This document shows positions 36,101 through 48,600 of a DNA stretch of 64,000 bases, in pieces. The notes beneath the pieces are model-generated. The model saw nothing but the letters and a program-made list of their open reading frames with translations, did not search any database and was not told the origin of the DNA. Numbering within the stretch: the first letter of the stretch is position 1; each line of letters starts with the position of its first letter. The stretch is taken from positions 5,292,052 to 5,356,051 of the forward strand of contig BFEA01000013.1 of NCBI GenBank assembly GCA_003427395.1. Reading direction: 5' to 3'. The DNA is from Chara braunii. Lineage: Eukaryota; Plantae; Charophyceae. A program made the position numbers and the translations under genes.

Positions 36101-37964
36101 CTGCTCTAACGGGTCTTCCAAGGCCTTTATCTTTGCCACTGCAGCATCCCTCTCGTCCTGGGGGATGTACATTAAGGCTTCTTCATCCTGCCCCAGGGAT
36201 AAGTTAGCCACCCATTCTGTCACCATCTTTTGTAGTTTCTTCTGGTCTTCACTGGTCCCACTAGACTCCCCTCTTTCCTCTCTCCTCCTAGTCCTCAACA
36301 GGGGTATCTCGTCTTCCCTCTTCTTCCTCTTCAACTTCTTCTACTTCTTTAAGTTGCTCCTCCTCTTCTTTCTTCACCCTCTCCATCTTTTCCTCAAGCT
36401 TCTTCTTCTTCGCTGCCTGTGCTTCCAACAGGGCCTTCTTCTTGGCTCCCTTCTCCTTTCTCTCTCGCAGTATAGTGACACTCTCCTCTTGCTCCTTCGT
36501 ATATGGGGTGGTGCTCGTTCCACTATGCGTGTCAACCATGGTGACAGGTGTACAACCGGATGACAGTTCCACTCCTCACCACTTAGACTCTCATTCTGTA
36601 ACTGACTTAAGACTGACTCAACTAAGGACCACAGCGCCTTACCCTTTGATCCAGCTAGGTTACCACAGCCGACGGAAGCTTTCGACACCACTGTCCTTGA
36701 CAATCCAGACCCAGGTGCCCTGCACTGGCAGTCAATCCCACTTGACTTTCACTCCGGTTCAGGACTTTGTCAACTAGGGTCTCCAACCTGACTCTACTTC
36801 TAAGCTGTCACTACAGGACTTACTGCTGATCAGGAGGCATTTAAGGAGATCCCTCGTAACTCCTCAGGAATTATTTAACGTCGCAAACAGGATGATGTGA
36901 TCAGCAAGTCCTCTCAAAACTTAGACAACTTGTTGTGCAACCCACAACTCAGATTTTGGGCCTACTGTGCCACACTGAGCCTCCCGTCGGTCTGTACCGG
37001 TCCTTGGGAGGGTTTGTGTCCTCCGGGTCAGTCAAGTCGTCAGACGCAGCCTTTAGCCCTACTCAGGCCGTGTGGGTTTGGTCAACAAAGCTCTATGACC
37101 TCATTCACAGAGTTCCTATCACCTTGACAAAAGAGACTCGATGCGGAAAGAAGAGACAGACTGGCTCAGCAAGTCCCATGGGGTGTGTGCACATCCATAG
37201 GGCGAGGGGATAGGCTGAAGGCTTGGCGAGAGTATACCAAACTCCAACTTGGTCAAACTTTGTGGTCAACAGCTCCGGTCAACGCCCTGGTCGCCACCTT
37301 GGTCAACACTAATCAACGCCCTGATCAACTCCTTGGTCAACGCTGGTCAACACTTCGGTCCACTTTGCTTATTGCCGGAGCGACTATGGCCGGTTAACCA
37401 CTAACTATGGCGACGCTAACTTCTTCCAGCCCACTTCGTCTTCGGGCGCTCAGCAGACCACCTCGCACAAGTCGCTTGAGACAACACTTCTGCATGGCTT
37501 ACGTAGCAAATGATTGAATTGCTGGACGCTGCCTCTTGATTTATACTTCTATTGGTCGCTGGTCTGCCACTTTCCTCCAGGCCCACGGTGCACACAGTCC
37601 CACACGGTACTTGCTTGACTGGACTGCGACTGACTGGACCGGTACCGCTGACTGCACGGGGTTGCACCGTCGACTCAATGGGGTCGCATTGTCTACTCGA
37701 CGCAGCAGGACCAACGACTTACCTACAAACCTCTAGCCTAACAGTTTCGACCTCTACACAACTGTAACCCCTACTTGACAGGTCTACAGATCAAATCCCT
37801 ACAACTACAGGGACCTACGACAAAGCACAAGCACTACTAAAACACAAGTCGTGGGTTCGAAACACACAGGGGTCTACTCGATACTGTACACGGGTGCAGG
37901 TAACGTCTAGGGATCGGACCCTGGGATTTGCATCCTGCTTCTGCAAAGGTGAAAAACCGTTTCA
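30126..37964 (-). mobile_element. Ty3/Gypsy chromodomain LTR retrotransposon B, antisense inside gag of A
   Basis: TG..CA ends and a 4-bp TSD aact/aaca. Direct repeats at ~30399-30987 and ~37385-37964. Domains: gag (36572-~34600), protease LIDSGAT (~34390), [14 protein letters not shown] (33232-34113), RNase H, integrase (31388-32143), chromodomain. Confidence 0.9.
31005..36572 (-). pseudogene. gag-pol: Element B gag-pol, frameshifted, with C-terminal chromodomain
   Basis: RT motifs [17 protein letters not shown] and YLDD; integrase motifs SIDFI, VDRFSK and SDRD; chromodomain YDIDSIVGE...QYKVRF...DDRWFTRAELLETAP at 31005-31241. Confidence 0.9.
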
Positions 37965-38619
37965 AACAGGCCAATGAGTTCATTGCCGCGTACGGACAGC
38001 TGTTCCAAGCTCAGTTCGCATCGATCGAGGCTGAGGAACAGCGCCAGGCGGCAGCCGAGGCTGCCCATCTACAGGCTGAAGAGGAAGCAGCAGCTGAAAA
38101 GCAGCGGCTTCAGGCCGAAGCTGACGCAAATGCTCGGGCTCGCTGCAAGGGAGCCCAGGATCTGCTGCAGCGGCACGAAGCCGCCAGCGTCGACAAGCTC
38201 AAGTTCTGGCATTTTGAACCATCCGAGAGCCACGAAGACGCGACACCGGAAGAGCAGCACAAGGAGTTTATTGCCAAACTCGTGACCCGGTTGGTTTACA
38301 CTTGTAACCACCTGCGGTCGGAGCTGGCGAATCTTTGACGGACGGTGCGGAGCCACAAGGATCTGCATGAGTGTGCTACACGGGCACTCAGTTCCCGTGT
38401 ACAGGACTTGACCAGATGCTGGCAAACCCAACAGTGCAGCCTGAACCAGCCAATTGGAGGAACGAGTTGACCATGTATTTGCAATGTTCGGCGACATCAG
38501 CACCTTCACTGCACCAGCCACCATCAGCGAGCAGCTGGACACCTTGAAGACCGAGGTTCGGCAACTGCACCAGCTGCCCGACAAGGAAGGCAACACTAGT
38601 GCGCAAAAGTACAAGATGT

Positions 38620-39841
38620 TGCAATAACCCATGCCATATGTCTCGTGGAAAGACTGAGGGCCAACTCGGCCACTCTCTGCCCAGGTCAAAAAAGGGGCAA
38701 AAAGGATCTCATACGAGGACCCAGGGCTTGGACGTGTGACAATTGACTTTAGTCAATTGTCGGGACCCCAACAGTCAAAGTCCAAAGGTGCCTAGCCCAG
38801 GCCGCTGGTCAAGCACACACACTTGTTTGTATGCAGGTACTCAGACAACATCAGGTCCAATGGAGAAGTCTGCAACTGCACAATCCGGGCCCTCAACTGT
38901 GAGTCAATCTGGATGACTGTGGGGGAAGCACCCGAGGCCAAACAACCTCGACAATTGCTACTTAAGGCTGGCCTTGAGTGAGTTAAGCATTCAGTCTTGC
39001 TATGCTGCTTTGACGCTGGCTCGACTTTGACTAGACACTAGCATTATGCTGGCTCAACGCTGGCAAGACGCTGGCTGTGCACTGGCGATGCGGACGACAG
39101 CACGAGGTGGAGGCAGCGTGCTGGCGCTTTTTGCATTGTGTGCTAGGCTTGGTGAGGTGGCATGCTGATGTGGCGCTACCTTTGGTCTACATTGCATGCT
39201 GATGTGGCGCTACCTCTAGTCTACATTGCATGCTGATGTGGTTCTACCTTTGGTTTACATTGCATGTTGATGTGGCGCTACCTCTGGTCTACATTGCATG
39301 TTGATGTGGTGCTACTTCTGGTCTACATTGCATGCTGATGTGGCGTTACCTCTGGTCTACATTGCATGCTGATGTGGCGCTGCCTCCGGTTTACATAGAA
39401 TAGTCATGAATACTGCTGGCGTGGCATTGTCCACGTTGTCTACATGAGGTGACTGGTTGCGAGGAGGAGGAAGATCGGGATCTGTGGATGAAGGAGGTCA
39501 GGTCGTCACCTGAGGTTGACGTCATCAGTGGAATCTGCTATGTCTTCATGGTCTTCACGGGATAAAGTGCCACGAGGCACTATTGTCTGTGATCAGGAAT
39601 ATGCTTAATATCATTGTTGACATGGAGAGGGAAGAAGCCCGGAGAAGGAGAGGGGTCTGGAGGGATTATTATTGTGAGATCTTTCATCTTCTCCTCTGTT
39701 TGTTTTCCCTCCACTCTCTTCTTTTAATGGTAATGAGATACTGTTCCAGATATTACTTCCCGATTTGGGGACTTTGTTGCAGATAATGAGACTACTGATC
39801 TTTGACGACTTCCGAGTATCTACCAGACCGGGTTCATTACA
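38620..39841. mobile_element. Solo LTR (1222 bp) inserted in gag of A
   Basis: Ends tgcaat...attaca (imperfect inverted repeat), 4-bp TSD atgt/atgc; the gag frame is restored on removal. Confidence 0.8.
39160..39395. repeat. ~34-bp tandem array inside the solo LTR
   Basis: ctacattgcatgctgatgtggcgctacctctggt, about 7 copies. Confidence 0.9.
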
Positions 39842-41032
39842 ATGCCAACATTCTGGATTGAAAAGTTTGATGATTATACGCATCAAGACCTGGTCCCATG
39901 GTGGCAGGGCTTTACGACCGAACTGCGGATTCATCACGTCGCCGAGCACTGGTACATCGGGGTGTTGTTCCTCAAATCAAACGGCAAATGCCAGATCTTG
40001 CTCAGCCACCTGGCAACCATCCACGACGTTCAGATCGCCGATCTACTCAGGAAGATCTCTTGGGAAGATTTGACGAGACAATGGAAGAAGCGGTTCATCG
40101 TTGACGATGCCTTGACGGTCGCCATCAACTGCCTCTTCAGTATGACTCAAGGCAACACACCAACACATGACTGGCTCACGGAGTGGCAAAAGATTGGGGC
40201 AACACCCGATCTTGATTTACCATTTCCACATTTGCGTCGGGAGTTCTACAACCTGTAGTGTGCTGCCTTGAGCCTCTCACTCGGTGATCGCAAGCAGTAC
40301 ACAACCTTCGCCGAAATCATCGACAAGGCATGAGAGATCATGAAGACCAACAAGACTGCTGCACACGAGAAGTCAGTGTGGCAGCCATCCCATATGGAGA
40401 AAGGAAAATTTGGTCCACGTCCGTAGCAAGTCGCTGCTGTCCAACCGGACAATATTGTGGAAGACCTAGCAGCCACCCAGTATCACGTGAGGGAGATCAG
40501 GTCGCCGTTGTCCAGCCGCGAAGCAACAACAACTCTTGTGGGAAAGGGAAGGCATCGCTGGCTGGAATTGGACAACCAATACCATGGGTCAAGTTCAACT
40601 TGACTGAGGCTGAATACAAGTACCGCAACCGATACGGCTGCTGCTATTGGTGAAACAACACGAAGCACAAGACCTCCCACTACCAGGATCAAGGCGAGGA
40701 GGATGCTTGACCTCAAATCAACTCGGGAAATTGAGCTGCGCGGGAGGTGAGGCGATTCAACCCCTCACTCCGCTAGATTCGGCCGCCTTGCTAGCGGCCT
40801 CCTACACATCTAGGGAGAATGCGGATGTTGCAAGTCCTCGGTTCACTTACGAGGATTACGCTTTCCACTTGGTCCCATCGTTGGACCAGCCACTCCACGT
40901 GCAATAATCCATCGCATGCACGGTTCCTCCACCATCGACAGATTCTGCAGCGTTGCCAACCATCACCGGGGATTTGACGTCGTAGTCAAGACTTGAAGAA
41001 CTCGACCCGTTGAGTCCGCAGACTTCCAATGG

Positions 41033-44000
41033 ATGCCCCTTCCCTCGTCCGGTCGATTGTCTGAACCGCATTGCAGTGTGCTCATGGCACAATTGCGAGA
41101 TTACTTGCATACTGCAGTACGAGCTCCGTTGATGGACGCCAGAGTAGAGGTTGTTGACCTTGACGACTACGTTGCGAATATCGACCGCGAGTTCAAGACA
41201 CAACGGTCCGACGACCTCGACGCGCCATTGTTGTACGTACACATTCAGATCGGAGAGCCGACCTGCAGCGCTTTGATCGATTGCGGAGCTACTCGCAACT
41301 ATATCAACCAAGACTTTATGGTACGCGTTGGCCTTGGGCCATGCGTTCGGAGGAAGTCGCAGCCCACGCAAGTCACGTTGGCCGACGTCAAACGCACAAG
41401 TCAATCGACCGGTGTATTGATTCCGTCCCCGTGTACCTCGCCACTCATCACCGAGCTTCTCGAAGCCTACAACGGCGTGTTCGAAGCTCCACATGTAGTA
41501 TCGGATCCGCCCATCCGCCACGAGATCATCCTCGAGGCCGGGGCCGTACCTTTGTGTGGTTGCATCTACCGCATGAGCGAGGAAGACTTAAGTGTGCTAC
41601 GGGCACAACTCGACGACCTTCTTTAGAGAGGCTGGTTTCGGCCTAGCTCTTCGCCATACGGTGCTCCCTTTCTCTTCGTTCGGAAGAAGAACAAGGACTT
41701 GCGGTTGTGCATCGATTTTCGCAAGCTCAACGAGCAAACCGTCAAGAACGCCGGCCCTCTCCCGCGCAACGACGAACTTCCCGAACGGCTGGGCGGCGCT
41801 TAAGTTCTTCTCCAAGCTTGACCTCAAATTTGGATATCACCAACTCGAGATCCGACAGGAAGACCGCTACAAGACCACGTTCAAGACGCGATATGGCCAT
41901 TTCGAATGGGTGGTTATGCCATTTGCCCTTACGAATGGCCTGACCACGTTCCAAGCGGCTATGACGACAGGGTTCCGATACATGCTAGACAAATTTGTAC
42001 TCATTTACCTCGACACAGGCGGAGTTTGGACGAGCATGTGGAGCACCTGCACACCGTTTTGGACCGGCTACGACAAGCCAAGCACAAAGGCAACCGAGAC
42101 AAATGCGAATTCGCACGGCAAGAGCTCGAGTGCTTGGGCCATTATGTCCTCTTGCGGACAAGATCGAAGCCTTCCGCGTATGGCTCGAGCCCACCAACAC
42201 CACGAACGTTCGCTCATTCATGAGGTTGGAAGGCTACTATCAACTCTTCATCACCGGGTACTCAAGGATTGCCGCACGATTGACAAGATTACAATCCCTA
42301 AAGGTGCCATTTGTATTCGATGACAACGCACACCGGTCATTCCAAGCACTCAAGACGACCATGCTCATGGCACCCGTCCTTAGCATCTACGACCTAACCT
42401 TGCCAACGAGAGTGACGACTGACGCTTTCGACTGTGGCATTGGGGCAGTCTTGGAGCAATACAATGGCAACGACTGACATCCTGTGGAGTACTTCAGCCA
42501 CAAGGTGCCTCCAATCAACTCACTTGATGATGCAAGGAAGAAGGAGCTGCTCGCGTTCGCGATGGCTCTCGAACGATGGCGACACTTCCTCCTTGGGCGT
42601 CGTAGGTTCACATGGATCACGGATAACAACACATTGACCTACTACAAGACGCATGATACGGTGAGCAGCACTATCCGACGATGGATGTACTTCATCGACC
42701 AATTTGACTTCACACTGAAACATCTCGCCAGCCTCTCCAATCGCGCAACAGATGCACTCTCACAAAGACCCGATCTTTGCGCTCTGACACATCATGCCTT
42801 CGCATTCGACGAGGAACTCCAGCGGCACTTCGTTCGGGTCTATGAGTCCGATCCAGATTTCGCCAAGCTATATGCACAACTATCTTCGGATCACCCGCCG
42901 ACCAGCAATTCTCGCATCGTCGATGGGTACTTGCTTCTCCACTCGCGAGGCAAGGACTTGCTCTGCGTTCCACAAGACCGTCGTCTTCGAACTCGCCTTC
43001 TCGGCGAGTACCACGACTCTCGACTCGCTGGCCATTTCGGAGCCAATCGGACTATCACACGACTTCGGCAATGATTCTGGTGGCCAGACCTCATTACCTA
43101 TCTCACTCGGTATTGTGACTCTCGCGAAGTTTGTCGGCGAAGCAAGCCCCACATCCGCCATCCCTACGGCTAGTTGCGCCCGTTGCCTATTCCACGGGAA
43201 CCAACCCTCTCCATCGCCATGGACGTCACTGGTCCGTTTCCCCTCGATCGCTTTGGGCACAACGGCATCCTCACGGTCGTTGACCAATTGAGTAAGTACG
43301 AGCGATTTCTCCCTTGCAAGTACTATGCCACGGCTCCTGAACTTGCGCGCCTTTTGCACACCGGCTGGATTTACAGCCAAGCGTAGCGGAAGACATCGTT
43401 CGCAGCCGCGATACTCGTTTCATGTCGGCATTCTGGACTTCTCTCATGAACGAATCCGACACCAAGATGAAACCAAGTTCGGCTCGGCATCCACAAACGG
43501 ATGGGCAAACTGAGAGAGCACATCAGACTGCTCAGATGATGCTCCGTACGCTCATCCGTCCGGATCAGACGGATTGGGTTGACCGCCTCCTCGACATCGA
43601 GTTCACCTACAACACTTCGTTCCACCCGGCGATCGGCGTGAGTCCACTTGAGTTGCACCACGGTGGCCGGAATATCTTTGCTGATCTTCTCCTTCCACAA
43701 ATTGTCGACATAGACACTGCTTGCTCTCCCGCTACCATCCGAAAGTACAGGGAATTGCTGGCTCAAGCCCGTGCGAACATGCAAAAGGCTAAAGTTCGCA
43801 TGCAGCAGCAAGCCAATAGGCGTCGCGTGCCATGTCCCATCCACGTCGGCGATCTGGTTTGGGTCTCCGCGGAGGAGTTTGCGCTCGAAGAGGATGTTTC
43901 GCGCAAACTACTCCCCAAGTGGTTTGGACCATGGACCGTCCTTTCAGCCGTAGGTGACGAGCCCGACGACCCATCCTTTTGTGATCGAGATCCCTCCGCA

Positions 44001-44280
44001 TATGCCGGTCCATCCAGTCGTTCACTCCTCGAAGCTGGCGACATGCACACCAGCTAAGAGCGACGACTTCCCGGGCCGACTGTCGCAAGACCCTCCGTCT
44101 ATGGATGGTCATTAGGAAGTCGACCACGTCATCACGGATCGCAAGTATGGCAACAAGCCTCGACAGTACAAAGTTACCTTCAAAGCATGCGATCCTTACG
44201 ACACTTGATGGATTTCAGGAGCAGATTTGCAAGCATCCGCACCGCTGATCTACGCTCTCTACGAATTAACTAAGGAAGCT
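41033..44280 (+). pseudogene. pol: Element A pol (PR-RT-RH-IN-chromodomain), degenerate
   Basis: Protease ALIDCGAT; RT SKLDLKFGYHQ, MPFALTNG and LIYLD; RNase H VTTDAFDCGIGAVL; integrase HPQTDGQTERA and FGPW; chromodomain-like EVDHVITDRKYGNKPRQYKVTF at ~44100-44270. Confidence 0.9.
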
Positions 44281-44361
44281 TCACGACCGGCCCCTCCCAT
44301 CCTGACTTTGGCCCCTCCCTCCGACAGACAGCTTCGCCCTCGCAGGTAAGCTCGGTCTTTC

Positions 44362-44373
44362 AAGGAGGGCGGG
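44362..44373 (+). promoter_or_regulatory. Polypurine tract of element A
   Basis: aaggagggcggg lies immediately before the 3' LTR (tgtgac at 44375). Confidence 0.8.
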
Positions 44374-44374
44374 T

Positions 44375-45055
44375 TGTGACATACTGCGCATCCACACGGA
44401 CCTGCAGGGCCCGACCAGACGGAAAATAAAGGCCCTCCAGGCCCTATGTCGTTTCAGCGTATAAGCCTGAAAACGAGGGCCATTTTTAGGCCCTCATAAA
44501 GTCGACCTGCCGTGAAACTCAGGCGCCAGACTAGGGTTTAGCACAGGCCATTTTTGGGCTTGTTTGAAGACAACCTTTGTTTGAACTTCAACACCAGGGT
44601 CTGGCACGTTTCGACATTGGCAAGAGCAGCCTCCCGGACGGGCGAGCACTATATAGTATTGGCTCGCCCTGCAGGCTGCAGGTAGTTCATAGGGACTTCC
44701 CATGCAGTTCACGGGCACTTCACGTACGTTCAGGAGCTTCAGGAGTTGGCCGCAGCACCCTGGAGGAGCCCTGAAGTAGTAGTAGCTAGCGCTAGAGTAG
44801 TTTTCAGCGTTGGGCGCTGCTAGGAGGTAGAGTAGCGTTGGGAGAGAGAGAAGGGTGGAGGCCAGGGAGACTTAGCTGTGGCGCCATAGCTCCAGCTTCG
44901 ACTTCGGTGTACCTGCAACAAGGCGCCACCTTCACTGGTTAGTACTTGGTACAAGAGGGAGAGAGAGAGAGTTCTTCTTCTTCCTCCGCTAAGTCCACCA
45001 TCTCTCCCTCACCCTCTCGCCACCTGACTTCTCAGTATCTGCAGACTACGAGAGA

Positions 45056-45110
<55 letters not shown>

Positions 45111-45456
45111 GTGACTTCGGGACTTGACAACATTTGGATTCAGACTCGACATTGGGATTGAGACATTGGACGAGGGAGGACCTGTACCGAAAACTTGGTG
45201 TTGACGACATTCCTATCTCCTCCTCTTCTTCGTCTAATGCCCCTCCTCTTCGCCTGTGTATGTTTGGGACTGGCGCATTTCTTCCTGTGTGAGCGCCAGG
45301 TCCCTTCACACCATGCGATGATAATGATCTATGTTTGGTCTGCATTGCGATATTGATTGGTCTGATCATTGGTATTTTTGCTTTCCGCTGCGCTATCTTG
45401 CACTATGTGAGAGAGGTCGGTTCTTGTTCTGGTCTGCACCGTTACGGTATGCAACG
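44375..45456 (+). repeat. 3' LTR of element A
   Basis: Colinear with 28271-29363 up to ...ggtatgcaac. Confidence 0.9.
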
Positions 45457-45609
45457 CTTCCGCTGTGCTACATTGTGTTATTTTCATATGTATTTGGATG
45501 TACATTGGTTGTTGATGCTTTGCTGCCACTGCATTGTCCATTCGGGTCCTTTTCATCACTTTGTGGATCCTTGGCTCCATATACATCGCTCAACTGAGCA
45601 CGTATCAGT

Positions 45610-45620
45610 TGGTATTGGAG
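45610..45620 (+). promoter_or_regulatory. Second PBS-like site after an LTR-like end (...tatca|gt|tggtattggag)
   Basis: CA, then 2 nt, then TGGTAT; followed by a (TGAT)n leader like the one after the PBS at 29367. Confidence 0.55.
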
Positions 45621-48600
45621 GCCCGTGCATGAATCAGGAATATCCGACCTGACTCTAGATCAGGGACAATCAATCTATCAATTGATTGATCAATCGGTTG
45701 TTTGATTGATTGATTGATTGATTTGTCATGAGTGATTGATTGTGCGAGGCACAAGTCCCCGATGTGCCCCTTTTCCCCCTGTAAGCAGCACAGTCGGCCG
45801 CCCTAAGTGGAGGCAGGCGCGACGGAGGCCAAGAGGCCTATTTTTCGGCTACCACGGAACTGGGGAAATTCAGGCAGTTGCGCAGCGCCAGGTGGTTGAG
45901 AGTGCCCAGGCCCAGGCTGCCTTTTTCGTACGTAACTGAGGCAGACCATGGGCCAGGTACACAACAAGGGCCGAACACAGGCCGTGGGCAGTTGGGCACA
46001 GACAACCGTCACAGGCCCTGGGCCTGATTCGTTTGGACCGAGGCTTAACATCTTCGGGCCTACCAGAAGCTTCTGGGCAGGGGCCCAACGCATGCAGGCC
46101 ACAGGCAGCAGGCAGGCCACTTCCATTTAGGGAAGTGCCTGCCCTTGCATTTGGCATTCGGGCACTGGCTGCATGCTGCGCAAGCGCTGCTGTGCTAATC
46201 GCTGGCTAGGTTCACGAGCTGACGGGCGAGCTGGAAGAGCAGGCAACCATAACTGAGCTGGGCTGCGCAATGATGGATGGGGCGCATGATGGTCCTTGGT
46301 TGCATGTGGCATTTGTGAGTGGGGGATCGAGGTTGTGAGTGATACGAGAGACGTACCTGGTGCTTGAGGCGAACGACATTGGTCGAGATCTGTACTTCGG
46401 GGAGCTGTTGATGTCACCAGCGGCATTGTAGATATGCTAGATAGGATCTGCCATTTGTAGTCTGGGCGCAAAGCGCCTGGTAGGATGTTGATGTTGGTTC
46501 ATCGTTGATGATGATGGGACTATTCTGACATTGTCACTTGTGAGCTTTTACTGTGCACCTATTTGTGGAACTCATGTTGCACTAAGGTCAATGCACAAGA
46601 TTCCTTCATTAAGTGAACTATCGACCGTAATGATGATCGATTGTCCACGAAAGAGTAGTAATTCATTCTGCTTGTGGTTGGAGGTCACAACTATCTGGTT
46701 ACATGTGTGAGATGTTGCTTGGTTTTTGGAATTCGCTATCGTTCATTTTCCTTGCAATTTGGTATTAGGGCTGTAGTACGGTCCGCTAATCTGGAGCTTG
46801 TCTTCTGCCTATACGGTACATGCACGTGGTCTGCTGGGTGAGCGGCCATGGGAGGCGTGTAGTGATGAGGGTGAAGGCAAGCTGGCGACCCAGGTGGAGA
46901 GGGGTATCGCCAGGAAGGTTAAGTGGTGATTATTGGGTGTTTGCAGTGTGATGAGGACTATTTGGTGTGTGAATGATGCTGAGGTGGAACGACAGTGTAA
47001 TGCTGGTTGTGCCGAAGCAGCGATTCGCCATCACAATCGACAGCAGGTCATCTCGTGAGAATATCTGTGGTTGGGGGTCTCTTTTGAGGTACGTTGCTCT
47101 TAACCTTGTCTACCCCCTTTGACACTTCTTACCGTGAGGATGTGTGTTCTCTCTTGAGAGTCCTCTCATGTGAGGAGTTGAGTGCGCTCAACCTTGGGAG
47201 TTGGTATTGTTCACGAGGATCATCTGGAAGGAGAGGGCGGAGCTATCTAAAGGGCCCTAGTTGAAGCATTTGGTCACGGTCACCATGCCAACCCATCGGG
47301 AGTAGAGCACATGCTTTGCTGCTTTGTCCTTTGTTTGCCTACTGCGCCGATTGATGGGTTAGGAGGGGCAGGCCAGCCTTACAAGGGAGACGAGTATTGG
47401 GAGTCTATAAATAAGCACCGACGGGGTACCTTCCATTGCTTGTGATCGTCGTTCTGTCTGCGACGTTAAACAATTCCTTAGTACTTGGGGGGCTGTGCTT
47501 AAATGCCTCTTGGTCAGCCAATCGGTCGGTGTAAGGCTCGTTGCACGCGAGGGTAAATTTTGTGCACGGCTGGCCAGCTCAGCATAGACTCCGGGCACAG
47601 GGGTGGGCCGTGTGCATACCTTTCGACATGCACTCTATCTGGATCGCTGAGGAAAGCTGATGTACTGACAATCAGGAGAACTGAGGGAGGGGTAGATTCA
47701 AGGCGATAAGTTTGGGACAAATTCCATTCTGCCAACAGCCCAACAAATGATTCTATTTTTATTTTGGTTAGTTAGATGTTACATCCATTGACATCTGACA
47801 GACAACATAGGTAGAGCAATTTCTCCTCGTCAACTTTTTGTTTGCGGACTAGTAAAGTAAATCGTTTGTAGGAATCTGAACTTACCCGTTGGACCCAACT
47901 GTGTATACTCTGACATAGCCACCAATTAATTATTCATTTATTTTAAATTGGTCTATGCAATATGCTGCGGTAGGTGTCAAGAGTGTTCTAGTGCAGATTG
48001 TCTACAGTGTTGTAGCTTATGAGCGACAGGGAGGTACATAACCCAGACGAATCTTGCCATCGGCGAGACGCCCGTTGGCCCACGTGGCATTAGGACCCGA
48101 AGGTGACATATTTTTGTTCCGCCAGCTTAGGGAGAGACAGCAGCAGCAGCGGAGAGGTAGTTCCGCAGAGGCAAGCAGGGTATTCGCAAGCGAAGCCGCT
48201 ACTTCAGCAGCCATGGCCATAGCTGTGCAGCAAAGCTCCCAGGCCAGTAGTTCAGGGACTGTAGGGGCGACGATTGCACATACCCCGAGTCAGTCTGTTG
48301 GCGTCATGGCAAGCCGGCAGTTAGTGTTGACCCCTGAGGAGGTCGCCATACAACGAGCAGCTGCTCGTGAGGTACAACTACAACATGCTTTAGGAGAGAT
48401 AAAGGCAGAGAAAGAAAGAATGACCAGGAGAAGATCGAGGATGCAGCGGAGACAAGCAGGCATTAGTGAGTTAGAGGGGATTGACCTGACAAATATGGAT
48501 GATGATGTGAGGACCGTACGGACAATCCTGCTAGATGTAGTGGAAATGCAGACCACCAGACGACTCTCTTACAGGACATGCAGCAGAGCATGGTTGTGCT

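Larger units (their letters stand above)
30091..40730 (+). pseudogene. gag: Element A gag in three pieces (30091-30125, 37969-38619, 39846-~40730)
   Basis: Removing the insertions restores the frame: MTVSALGMPGQ-L-ANEFIAAY... and KYKM-PTFWIEKFDDY... Contains premature stops. Confidence 0.8.
28271..45456 (+). mobile_element. Ty3/Gypsy chromodomain LTR retrotransposon A (degenerate; carries two nested insertions)
   Basis: LTRs at 28271-29363 and 44375-~45456 (about 11 mismatches in the first 100 bp), PBS after the 5' LTR, PPT before the 3' LTR, and gag-PR-RT-RH-IN-chromodomain remnants in Gypsy order. No clean TSD. Confidence 0.9.

Noticed and set aside
35652-36563. 303-aa plus-strand ORF and similar shadow ORFs (24324-25115, 25021-25722, 38069-38689, 40856-41521)
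   Set aside because: They are antisense shadows of gag/pol or of the TAF2 exon, with no independent protein features.
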